Origin: Octopus bimaculoides
Lineage: Eukaryota
Assembly (NCBI RefSeq): GCF_001194135.2
Contig: NC_069005.1
Span: 8,035,467 to 8,078,828 of the forward strand
Direction: 5' to 3'
DNA: 43,362 nucleotides
Part shown: positions 19,866 through 31,657 of the stretch, piece after piece
Layout: each line of letters opens with the position of its first letter
Numbering within the stretch: position 1 is the stretch's first letter
Notes under the pieces: model-generated
The model's database searches: none
Seen by the model: only the letters and a program-made list of their open reading frames with translations
What the model was told of the DNA's origin: nothing
Position numbers and translations under genes: made by a program

Positions 19866-20363
19866 CAGATACAAGATATCTGAAAAAAAAAAAAAACTGA
19901 TCTTTGTGGCAGTATGCTTTTCATTACTGGTTTGATCAAGGCTGACCTGGGGTTAAAAGGTAGGAGAAAATTAACGCAATTGTTTTCCTTCCAACAGAGA
20001 GGCGAGAGAAAACGAACCTCACAAATGATAAACAGCCGACAATCTTAACTGCGCTATTTAGTGTGTGATAACTGTTTGACACAGAAGCTCACAAGTGTAA
20101 CAGGTGATAACAAACAGGGAATGTAAGACGGGGTTGAGGACGATGTTCTCTGTCATGATTAGTCTCATACATAACAAACTAAACTATCAACAACCGTAGA
20201 ACACCTACAAGGCCGCTCAATCAGTTAGAAATAGTAAGTAAATCTCCCTAAAACGACAAATACATTACATAATATAAACCAGGGGATATTGTGGCTTAAA
20301 AAAAAAATACGTAGGATCAAAGTTTGACTGCATTTGCTCATTAAGTTGGGGCAATTTTTGGGA

Positions 20364-20692
20364 AGTTTCACTAAAAAAACAAAACAAAAAAAACCTTGGA
20401 TTTTTTGCGTGCAATCAAGTACCTTGATCTCTTAATGTGCAGCAAACCCCTTATTTTTGTTCGGAAAAAAAAGAAAGGGGGGGGGGGAACCGGACCCCCC
20501 CCACCATCCCTTAACCATTGGAAATTTTTTTCTTTCGTTGAATGAATTACGGTGACCTCCTAATGCGTCACCCCAACTTTTTTTCCAAACAAAAATAAGG
20601 GGTTTGCGGCACATTAGGAGGTCAGGGTACTTGATTCCATGCAAAAAAAAATCCGAGGTTTTTTTTTTCTTGGTGAAACTCGTGCGGGTGTA
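20364..20692. mobile_element. Foldback MITE with ~110-bp imperfect TIRs
   Basis: Arms 20364-20473 and 20577-20680 are reverse complements; right end ...cgtgcgggtgTA; left terminus eroded. Confidence 0.8.
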
Positions 20693-21124
20693 CTTGCCAA
20701 AATTTACCAAAGTTAGTTGGAGCAGGACGCCCCTTCGTGGTTGCGAACTTGTTAGAAATAGCAGTAAGATTTCCTTGAAATCTCACATTATCATTTTCAA
20801 AGAGACAAAGATATTACATAACGAAGACCAACAATAGACGATGATAAATAATGCAATCCTAGATAACTCAAAGTGTACTCGATCAGGGCCGACCTAGGAG
20901 GAGACTGTTGTGTTGGTGAAGCCTAAACAATATTTACCAGACTATAGCACTTGGACAGTTCATTGCTGAAGTATCGAAGCCAATCTAAGAAGCACTGTAT
21001 GCCAAACGGTTATGTAGGAGGGTTAGAAAATAGTCGTACAACCTCCCGAAAACTGTCTGAGCAATAACATAAACACGAATACATAACATAAGAAAATAGT
21101 AAAAAGTACCTAGAGGCTCCGTTA

Positions 21125-21169
<45 letters not shown>

Positions 21170-21650
21170 TGTCCACGGGATATATTTACAAATTATATAT
21201 AAATATATAATTATATAAATATATATATTTCTAGATTGTTGCTGGCAAGATTACTGTCAACAATAAGTCGGTCCTACATAGCCATTAATGAACTGTGAGA
21301 ATACGAAACATTACTAATAAAGTTAGCATCTTTGCTATAGTAATTCTTGCAGGCAATAGTTCTCCCTCTTTCTATTCTTCTCTCTTTCTTTCCTTTTCAT
21401 ACGTGTCTGTTTTTCACACTCTTTCTCTCGCTTTTTTTAACAATCTCTTTTTCATTCTTTCTTTTCTTCTTCACCTATTTTTTACTCTCTCTCTCTTTCT
21501 CTTCCCCCTCTCTCTTATCGCCTTTCTCTCTCAATTTGGTGGAACGAACAAGGGAAATAGAACTCAAAGCATAAATACATATATTTCTTAACCGGAAGAA
21601 AAGTTGTAAAGGTGACTCAAGGGATGAGAGTTTCGTGAATAGCACTTAGA

Positions 21651-21678
21651 AAGAGAGAAAGAGGCAGGCAGAGAGAGA

Positions 21679-21730
<52 letters not shown>
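21651..21730. repeat. (GA)n microsatellite; (TA)n at 21127-21166
   Basis: Direct reading. Confidence 0.95.
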
Positions 21731-21735
<5 letters not shown>

Positions 21736-22475
21736 CGTTAAAAATTCAGTTTTCATTGTCGTAATATCATCCAAGCATAATATTTTGGTATATTTATTAA
21801 TCATTTTAATCGAAAATATTAAAAAAAAAAGTAATGACACTAATTAACAAAAAAAAAAAAAAAGGTGTTTTAATTTGTAAAACTACGAAAATAAGAATAG
21901 GTGAGAATAATACTTCACGTAACATTTGGGATAAATGCAGCATAGCTTAATAGGTGTCAGTTAAAGAAGTATTCTAAACAAGGTTACGTGAATATATGTT
22001 TGTGGAACACTTATTTATATATATTATAATATAATGAATGAGTTGGTAGTTCAGTTAATTAAACAACTAAAATACTCAACCATATTCGAACAAGATTTCT
22101 TCAAAATGTCAAGAAACATACAAACACATACGTATATGTATGAATATAATATTTTTATGTCGACTCAAGTAGTGAGTAATAAACCATTGTTTATTACTGA
22201 ACTGCAAAACAGCGATGGCATTTTAGCCCAGCTGGTGATCAGTAGTTTTTAGCACAGCGAGCTGTCGCATAAATCTTTCTTCTCTGCTGAAAGCTATGCA
22301 AACTCATAACCTTTGGTAACGTATACAAGTATCCAATATAAAAGGCATTTACGACATGATTGGCAGGTATAATGTTTTTTCAGGTGGCGACGCGCGCGCG
22401 CGCATGTGTATGTTGTATGTGTGGTTGGTCTGACGAATATGGGTGAAATATTTTATCACACACACGCAAAACATA

Positions 22476-22696
22476 TACGAAGGGGTACTGAAAGGTTCCT
22501 TGTTTTAAGGGTGTCACGAAGGGCCTGGCTGGAACCCCAACCTTCCGGGTTCTTTTACAGGGCTTAGAAAAACTGAAGGACTGCTGCAATAAGTGTGTGT
22601 ATCTGAGAGGAAAATATGTTGAATAAAATCAGAATTAACTGATCCTCCTGTATTTTCTTTTACCCAAAACCAGGAACTTTTCAGCACTCCCTCGTA
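22476..22696 (+). mobile_element. Second copy of the mariner-derived MITE
   Basis: Colinear with 12246-12468; TA termini. Confidence 0.9.
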
Positions 22697-23030
22697 TATG
22701 TGTGTGTGTATACGACGGGCTTCTTTCAGTTTCCGCCTACCAAATCCACTCACAAGGTTGGTCGGCCTGAGGCTATAGTAGAAGACACTTGCCCAAGGTG
22801 CCATGCAGTGGGACTGAACCCAGAACCATGTGGTTGGGAAGCCTCACAGTCACACCGTTATCTATCTGTCTGTCTATCTATCACTTGTTTCAGTCATTTG
22901 ACTGCGGCCATATTGGAGCACTGCCTTGAAGGGATTTAGTTGGTTACCTTCCACTAGCTTTCAAACTGGATGTGTCTGTTCACCTCCAACAATAGAGAGC
23001 AGTTGCTATATTTCATTCCATAACTGCCAT

Positions 23031-23102
23031 CTCTGAAGAGCGCGGGGTTACATAACCGGACTGTTACCTAACACTCCGTTGAACTAGTGCGAAAGCGTTC
23101 GG
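23031..23102 (+). ncRNA. Degenerate hammerhead-like motif with long helix II insert
   Basis: CTGAAGA-GCGC...GTGC-GAAA-GCGT-TC-gg; AGCGTT is self-complementary with G.U pairs; helix I only 2 bp. Confidence 0.28.
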
Positions 23103-23133
23103 TAAAATCGGCCGTGATGGATATATATAATAC

Positions 23134-23875
23134 TGTACACTTCGATTTATATATATATAGTGGCTTCATGCAGGCATAGCGTGGATTCGATCCTCGATAG
23201 CCAAATTTCACTTAACAGTTCGAGAGTACTTTTCTCATAGTAAAACAACAGCTTTTCTGTTAGTGACAGTAGTTACATTTACTAGATGCCTTCGTTAAGC
23301 CGAAATAGTGTCTTCGCCACTTAACCCTTCTAACCTCTTCTAGATCACCAGGGGCTGGAATGGAGATAACAGACCTCCAACGAAATCTACTGTTCCCAAC
23401 AATATGTCTATCCTTCTGGCTAGAACTCCGTAAGCTAAAGTCAGTTAGTGAGAGCGACTGACCAGCTCAAACGAAATGCTGTCTCAACTGAGGTAACTCC
23501 ACAGAGTGACAACTATGGAATTAACCAACGCAGAAGCTGTCTCGTCCCACACTCTCTCGCTTTCATTGGCTCGATTTCTTTTCTCTGCAACATTACCATC
23601 TCTCTCTATATATACTATTATGAGATCGTGTACACTCATATACAGACCGAGATTAACTTTTTTTTTACCTTGTATGCTTTACGAACTGTGTTATACTATT
23701 AGACTAGCCTACTCGTTGTGGTATGGTATATATTAAAGTAACTGTAAATAAATATTTTCTTTACAACCTCGATCACTGTTCTTCTTCCATCTTGCATACT
23801 GGCAACCAGCCAACACCTTAATAACAAACGTAATAAATTGGTGACCCTCGACTGCAAGGAAGAACTAACCGTTAT

Positions 23876-23878
<3 letters not shown>
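23134..23878 (+). mobile_element. LTR-like repeat, copy 1
   Basis: Starts TGTA, ends ...ccgttataCA; tctctctatatata (TATA-like) followed by taaataaat (polyA-like); colinear with 24674-25384. Confidence 0.6.
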
Positions 23879-23918
<40 letters not shown>

Positions 23919-24673
23919 NNNNNNNNNNNNNNNNNNNNNNNNNNNNNNNNNNNNNNNNNNNNNNNNNNNNNNNNNNNNNNNNNNNNNNNNNNNNNNNNNN
24001 NNNNNNNNNNNNNNNNNNNNNNNNNNNNNNNNNNNNNNNNNNNNNNNNNNNNNNNNNNNNNNNNNNNNNNNNNNNNNNNNNNNNNNNNNNNNNNNNNNNN
24101 NNNNNNNNNNNNNNNNNNNNNNNNNNNNNNNNNNNNNNNNNNNNNNNNNNNNNNNNNNNNNNNNNNNNNNNNNNNNNNNNNNNNNNNNNNNNNNNNNNNN
24201 NNNNNNNNNNNNNNNNNNNNNNNNNNNNNNNNNNNNNNNNNNNNNNNNNNNNNNNNNNNNNNNNNNNNNNNNNNNNNNNNNNNNNNNNNNNNNNNNNNNN
24301 NNNNNNNNNNNNNNNNNNNNNNNNNNNNNNNNNNNNNNNNNNNNNNNNNNNNNNNNNNNNNNNNNNNNNNNNNNNNNNNNNNNNNNNNNNNNNNNNNNNN
24401 NNNNNNNNNNNNNNNNNNNNNNNNNNNNNNNNNNNNNNNNNNNNNNNNNNNNNNNNNNNNNNNNNNNNNNNNNNNNNNNNNNNNNNNNNNNNNNNNNNNN
24501 NNNNNNNNNNNNNNNNNNNNNNNNNNNNNNNNNNNNNNNNNNNNNNNNNNNNNNNNNNNNNNNNNNNNNNNNNNNNNNNNNNNNNNNNNNNNNNNNNNNN
24601 NNNNNNNNNNNNNNNNNNNNNNNNNNNNNNNNNNNNNNNNNNNNNNNNNNNNNNNNNNNNNNNNNNNNNNNNN

Positions 24674-25384
24674 TATATATATATATATATATATATATGA
24701 ATCTTGCAGGCGTGAAGTGGATTCGATCCACTATACCCAAATTTGAATTAACACTGCGTCAGAACTTTTCCCGCGGTGGAACAACGGTTTTGATCTGACA
24801 GCAGTTAGATATTTCCCAGACGCCTTTAGTTAGCCGAAGCGGTCTCTCCACCACTTGACCCTTTCTGACCTCTCCTACTCCATCAAATCTAGAATAGAGA
24901 TAACAAGACCAACAGCTAAATCCTTTGTTCTCATTATCCTTCTTGATAGCTATAAAAACAGGAGACCACAAGGAAAGTTCCTTTTTAGTCACCAGTCGGT
25001 GACGACTGGACATCTAGAGCCATGGACACAAGCAGGCAGCTCCTAAAAGACAAACGGCCAGAGGGAGAAAAGTTTACTGTCAGCCACTGTGAGACAACGT
25101 CGCACACCTTATAACTATTACGAGCTCACATCCTTTTCTCTTTAACACTACCATCTCTCTCTATATATAAATACTACTATGAGAAAGTGTACATACAGAT
25201 ACAGGCCGAAATTCTTTACCTTGCATGCGTTACGTACAAACTGTTATACTATTACACTAACCTACCCGTCGTGGTATGGTAACTATGAAAGTAACGGTAA
25301 ATAAATATTTCTTATAAAAATGTTGATCATCTTCACCGTTCATCTTATAACCAGTACAATTGGTAAATAATACTTACCGTTACA
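24674..25384 (+). mobile_element. LTR-like repeat, copy 2 (5' start hidden in N-gap)
   Basis: Shared blocks tgcaggc..gtggattcgatcc, accatctctctctatatata, gtggtatggta..taaataaatatt; ends ccgttaCA. Confidence 0.6.
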
Positions 25385-26769
25385 TATATATTATATGCAG
25401 TGTTGAGAACTCGTTCTCATTGTTCGACATTTCATTTACGTGTATATACATATATATATACACGTAAAAGGTGCATGGCCAAGCGGTCAAGGTGTTACAC
25501 TCAGAACACAAGATCGTGGTTTCGATTCAGAAGGAATGTTTTGATTTCGGTCACTAACACACTATAGAAATCGGGTAACCAGCACTACGAGTGCTAGGTC
25601 TGGAGACAGACTTTACTTTTTTCTGTTCCATACATATTTATGTGTTTGTTTGTGTGTGTGTGTGTGTGCATGTGTTCACCGTACCCGATTGTGGAGCACA
25701 CTTGTGTATGTACATTTTCAAATTTGAATAAAATAAATGGAAACTTTATATGCATATAGGCTTCTGTGTTTGTCATCCACCACCACCCATGACAACCAGT
25801 GTCGGTTTGTTTACATTCCATGACTTAGCGGTTCAGCGAAAAAGAGAAACTGATAGAATAAATACTAGAAGCGATTCAAGGAGGTGCCCGAGCATGGCCG
25901 CCATCAAACAACTGAAATGAGTAAAATATACAAAAAATGTGTTTTTCTTTTTCCTTCATTTCCTTTCAGTTTGAAATGTGCATACTTGCACAAGTAAGTG
26001 TATCCCACAGTTTGGTGGGGTGGGTACATTTATGTTGTTATGACTTGAAATGCAGTTAATTATAAAAAGAAATGCTTGATAAAAATAAACACCCGTGACT
26101 GTGTTGTCTGTGATAATCAAAGAAAAAAATTTTCAACTCACAGATACATCGATGTAAGGGACGTAACTCTTGCATTCTTAGAGATAAAATGTATATGTTT
26201 TGTAACAAAATTTCAAATTTATTTAAAATTTAATTCTTTCAAATTATAACACAAGGCCATCTACTTTAGGAGTCGGTATAGACGATAAATCAATTACATG
26301 GTTTCTAGTGCTCAACTTGTATTTATTTTAGTGACTCCAAAAACTCGGAACATAGCACTACCCGTAAAACTTTTACGATAGCATCATAAAAATTTTATTA
26401 TAAAAAATTAAAATCGAATCCCAGTCTTAAGCTAATCTTGAATATACACCAATCTATTCAAATTTAAGTTCAATAAAACTTGCTCGACACTTCAGATACC
26501 TTCTCCATTCTACCCAGGGACGGGGAATTCTCCTGTTATCTTTGACAAAACAGTGGGGGAAGGTAGCTGTTCCAGGAGAAAAATACTCTGATATAAATCC
26601 AGCAGTCAAAATAATACCAGTCATCTTGCAACGTTCGTCACTGGAACTTACTGTGGCAACCAAGAGAGTGGCAAAAGGGCTGAACAAGCTTTCATCGTTT
26701 AAATCCAGTAACGTACAGGGGTCTCACTACTCATTTAATGTGAAACACAATCATTATATATGTATGTGC

Positions 26770-27536
26770 TTGTATTCTTTTATTTGTTTCGGTCATTTGA
26801 CTGCGGCCATGCTGGAGCACCGCCTTTAGTCGAACAAATCGACCCCAGGACTTATTCTTTGGAAGCCTAGTACTTATTCTATCATTGTCTTTTGCCGAAC
26901 CGCTAAGTTACGGGGACGTAAACACACCAGCATCGGTTGTCAAGCGATGGTGGGGAGACAAACACAGACATACACACACNNNNNNNNNNNNNNNNNNNNN
27001 NNNNNNNNNNNNNNNNNNNNNNNNNNNNNNNNNNNNNNNNNNNNNNNNNNNNNNNNNNNNNNNNNNNNNNNNNNNNNNNNNNNNNNNNNNNNNNNNNNNN
27101 NNNNNNNNNNNNNNNNNNNNNNNNNNNNNNNNNNNNNNNNNNNNNNNNNNNNNNNNNNNNNNNNNNNNNNNNNNNNNNNNNNNNNNNNNNNNNNNNNNNN
27201 NNNNNNNNNNNNNNNNNNNNNNNNNNNNNNNNNNNNNNNNNNNNNNNNNNNNNNNNNNNNNNNNNNNNNNNNNNNNNNNNNNNNNNNNNNNNNNNNNNNN
27301 NNNNNNNNNNNNNNNNNNNNNNNNNNNNNNNNNNNNNNNNNNNNNNNNNNNNNNNNNNNNNNNNNNNNNNNNNNNNNNNAGCTTCTTTCAGTTTCCGTCT
27401 ACCAAATCCATTCACAAGGCTTTGATCGACCCGAAGCTATAGTAGAAGACATTTACCCAAGGTGCCACGCAGTGGGACTGAACCCGGAATCATGTGGTTG
27501 GTAAGCAAGCTACTTACCACATAGCCACTACTGCGT
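26770..27536 (-). mobile_element. Family B SINE with N-gap in its internal microsatellite
   Basis: Both halves match 15852-16236; gap 26980-27379 sits at the (CA)/(TA) position. Confidence 0.9.
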
Positions 27537-27579
27537 GCATATGTATGTATGTATGTATGTACGTATGTATGTATGCATG

Positions 27580-27614
27580 GTTTAACGTTTCGAGCAAAGC
27601 TCTTCGTCAGAAAC
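27580..27614 (-). ncRNA. Minimal type-I hammerhead ribozyme-like motif (Penelope-type)
   Basis: Minus strand gttt-CTGACGA-a-GAGC ttt GCTC-GAAA-CG-T-T-aaac: catalytic core, 4-bp helix II, palindromic AACGTT helix III, 4-bp helix I gttt/aaac; cleavage triplet GUU. Confidence 0.6.
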
Positions 27615-28475
27615 AGAGGAAAGTCCAATAGAAAAAGAAGTGGAACAGTCTGCTCGTAATCAAGTTAGTATGTTAAGTAGCTGGGGTATTCTATAAACGC
27701 ATGCACTTTTAACATAAAATTCTCTGGAAGAATCAGCATGGCGTTAGCCTGCAACAAGGCTGTAATCTTTGAATTACAAGCATAATGTATCCGACAGGTT
27801 TCTAAACTGATCAAGCCCAGAGTCAATCCAATTTTACTCGCAAGGCTGGTATCGTCAAACCGAGAGTCTAGTGATTTGGCAAGATAACTAACGCCTTGAG
27901 CATTCAGCCGTATAACACACACACACCAATTGCAATGTTCTTGCGTCATATATCATCATCACCACTATCACCACAACCATTAGCACCATCCCCACCACCG
28001 TATCATCATCATCATCTCGACCTACTCCTCCTCTTCATCATCAATCATCATCATCATCATGCAGGCAGGGTCGGACGGCGTATATTGGAGGCAGGTTTTC
28101 TCCGACCGGATGCTCTTTTTATCGCCAACCCTTACCCCTTTCCCAGCGAGGTAATATTTTCTCCACGGCCAGACATATTTTTCACAGAAGATTGGAAACA
28201 AATGACGCTGCTTGTACGACAATGATACTCAAATTCACCAGATCCTTGACCATGGGGTAAAAGATACTTGCCCCATGATGCTATATGCCGTGAGATCGAA
28301 CCTAGGATCTCATGATTGTGAATAGGACTTCTGAGCCATTCTGCCTTGCCTGCGCCTGTTGGATCAGGACACAACCGATTATTATATCAACGTCAGAATC
28401 CGACTGGTACAAATTTTGTTCCACAAAAAGGCAAAACCACTTCTGACAGGACTTGAACTCAGAAGAATGAAAGAA

Positions 28476-28565
28476 AAGTAGTAGTAGTAGTAGTGGTGGT
28501 AGTAGTAGTGGTGGTGGTGGTGGTANNNNNNNNNNGTGGTGGTAGTAGTAGTGGTGGTGGTGGTG

Positions 28566-28600
<35 letters not shown>

Positions 28601-28742
28601 GGTAGTGGTGGTGGTAGTAGTAGTGGTGATAGTAGTTATAGTTGTGCTGGTAGTATTAGTAGTGGCGGTGGTAGTAATAGCGGTGATGGTAGTAGTAGTG
28701 GTGGTGGTGATGGTAGTAGTAGTAGTGGTGGTGTTGGTCGTG

Positions 28743-28774
<32 letters not shown>

Positions 28775-28815
28775 GGTGGTAGTAATAGTGGTGGTGGTGG
28801 TGGTAGTAGTAGTTA
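28476..28815. repeat. (GTA)n/(GGT)n trinucleotide mosaic
   Basis: Direct reading; 10-N gap at 28526-28535. Confidence 0.95.
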
Positions 28816-29710
28816 AACATTTTGGCACAAGGTCTTCCACTTTAGGAGGCGGAGGCGAGTGGTTAGTCGATTACATCGACCCCCACCCCGCCACCTCAGT
28901 ACTTGACTTGAACTTTACTTTATCGACCCTGAAAGGATGAAAACCAAAGATGACCTGACTTGACAGGAGTTTTGAACTCAGCAAGTAAAAAACATGCGAA
29001 GGAATGCCGTTACGCATTTTTGTCCGACGCGCTAACGATTCTGTTCTTTCGTAGCCCTTTATAACGGTTTCAAATTTTGGCGTAAGGTTAGCAATTTCCG
29101 GGGAGGGTTAAAGTTGATTACATCGACTTCAGTACTTGACTGGTTCTTTATTTTCTCGACCCCCAAAAGGATGGTTGAAAGGCACCGTCAACGTAATTTG
29201 AACTCAGAACCTAAGGACGGATGAGATGCCGCTAAGCATTTTGTGAGCGCGCTAACGATTCTGCCAGCTCGCAGCCTTCGACGCTCTGATAATAATAACT
29301 CTTTCTACTATTGGCACAAGGCCTGAAATTTTGGTGGTAGGAGCAAGTCGGTTATACCGAAGCCAGTGTTCAACTGGTACACATTTCATCGACCTCGAAA
29401 GGATGAAAGATAAAGTCGACATCGGCAGTATTTGAACTCAGAACGTAAAGATTGATGAAATACTTCTCTGTTTTGTCCGACGCATTAACGATTATACCAG
29501 CTCGCTGCTTTTATTTTCTACTATAGGCATAAAAGCCTGATACTTCAGGGGATAAGAATAGTCGATTACATCGAACCCTAGTGCTAGGCTGGTACTTATT
29601 TTATCGACTCCAGAAAGGATGAAAGCCAATGTTGACATAGATGGGATTTGAACACAAAACGTAAACAGCGGTAACAAAAAGCGCGAGGTATTTTGTTCGA
29701 CGCTCTGATA
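28812..29710 (-). mobile_element. Array of four consecutive family A SINEs
   Basis: Four repeats of atcgac...gaaaggatgaaagg...tttgaactcagaacg...cgctaacgattct at ~28812, 29066, 29287, 29510. Confidence 0.88.
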
Positions 29711-30249
29711 ACAATAATAAAAAATACTGCAGTATCTAAAAGGTTACTGTTTATAGTCCAGAATATAAGCTCTTACAATCTACCATTGATTCTGCCAATA
29801 TCTTTTTTTTTTTGCATGTTAAGTTTCTTCTTTCGTATACTAAACTACTGCTTAGAATGTGTGGTTGTATGGCGACAAGAGCCAGCCTTGGACAGTAGCA
29901 ATATACACATACACTCATGTACACACATACATAGATACATACAGCTGTAAGATATATGTATATACATATTCATACATATATTTATTTATTATATTGAGTT
30001 GTATACAGTGTCGGTGTGACAATCGTATTGGCTAGCAGAATTTAGGAGGCTTCTTCGTTACTCTCTGTGTTTATATGTATATATATAAAAGAGAGAGAGA
30101 GGAAGAAAGGGAAGGATTTATACATAAATAGTTGCATTTATTATATATGTATATACATACATAGAACGTCGCCTACCAACAAAGATGCCGTCGAGAGCTG
30201 AGGATATTATGCGTGGATTTAAACTGTATCCTTTTTTATTTCATGTACT

Positions 30250-31224
30250 AATGAACTGTTAATACACACACACACGCACACATATACGCATATGTACACA
30301 TACATCCATTCGCGCACACACACACACACGCACACAAAAATACGTTATTGAAGTATGTATGTATGTATATATAAATCCAAAACAAAAAAAGGAAGAACAA
30401 ACACACAAAAAAACAACAACGCGAGGACGTGCTACATGTAAAGTATATGTACATATGTAATACACATTTGCATAGATATGAGTGCATATTTTCTGCCTAT
30501 ACACAAACATGCATAAATGAACATATATAAACACATACACCTATGTATATATTTCAATTACACATATGCACACACATACATACGTGTGTGCATATGCGTT
30601 CGTGTGTATATCTGTGTGTAATCATATAAACATATATAGAATATTTGTGTACATATTTTAATCACATAGACACACACACAATCACACGCTCGCGCACACG
30701 CAGTCGACAGCGCGCGCGTACCCCTTCACGTTTGTGCTATACAAATATGTATATATATATATGTATATATATATATTTTTTCTCATTGTTTTCATTTCTT
30801 TTTCTGTACCTTTTTAATATTTACTAACCAAACAGTGTGTATGTGTATTTGCACATATACACATATATATGTACACGTTCGTTCGTTCGTTCATTCATTC
30901 ATTATCCATTCATACATAAGAGTTCTTGTTTAGTCCCTTCGCTCGTTACCATCTCGTCTTTTTATTGGTATGTGTAGTACCACACAACCATATATTCCTA
31001 AGTATCTTTCCTTGTTTATCACAAAGAGATGGGGGGCGGGTGGGTATCGTTTTGAGGGAGATTTCACTACTATTCCTAAGAAACCAAATCAAATGGAAAC
31101 GTAGAGTCCGCTACAGTTCCTTAAACGTCTTCATATATTGAAGAACTACATAAGAACACACCCGCACCCCCACACACGAACTCGAATATATCCAAATACA
31201 AACATACATTACACACGCACACGC

Positions 31225-31272
<48 letters not shown>

Positions 31273-31596
31273 NNNNNNNNNNNNNNNNNNNNNNNNNNNN
31301 NNNNNNNNNNNNNNNNNNNNNNNNNNNNNNNNNNNNNNNNNNNNNNNNNNNNNNNNNNNNNNNNNNNNNNNNNNNNNNNNNNNNNNNNNNNNNNNNNNNN
31401 NNNNNNNNNNNNNNNNNNNNNNNNNNNNNNNNNNNNNNNNNNNNNNNNNNNNNNNNNNNNNNNNNNNNNNNNNNNNNNNNNNNNNNNNNNNNNNNNNNNN
31501 NNNNNNNNNNNNNNNNNNNNNNNNNNNNNNNNNNNTACACACACATATATATATATATACACACACACACATATATATATATATACATATATATAT

Positions 31597-31655
<59 letters not shown>
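30250..31655. repeat. Low-complexity CA/TA region with (TA)n flanking the gap 31273-31535
   Basis: Direct reading. Confidence 0.85.

Positions 31656-31657
<2 letters not shown>

Noticed and set aside
26454-26829. Overlapping ORFs in unique sequence
   Set aside because: No recognisable homology or convincing splice pair; the plus ORF runs into a SINE tail
28382-28940. Poly-Thr / poly-Val / Ser-Gly ORFs
   Set aside because: Translations of a (GTA/GGT)n mosaic; no splice or homology support
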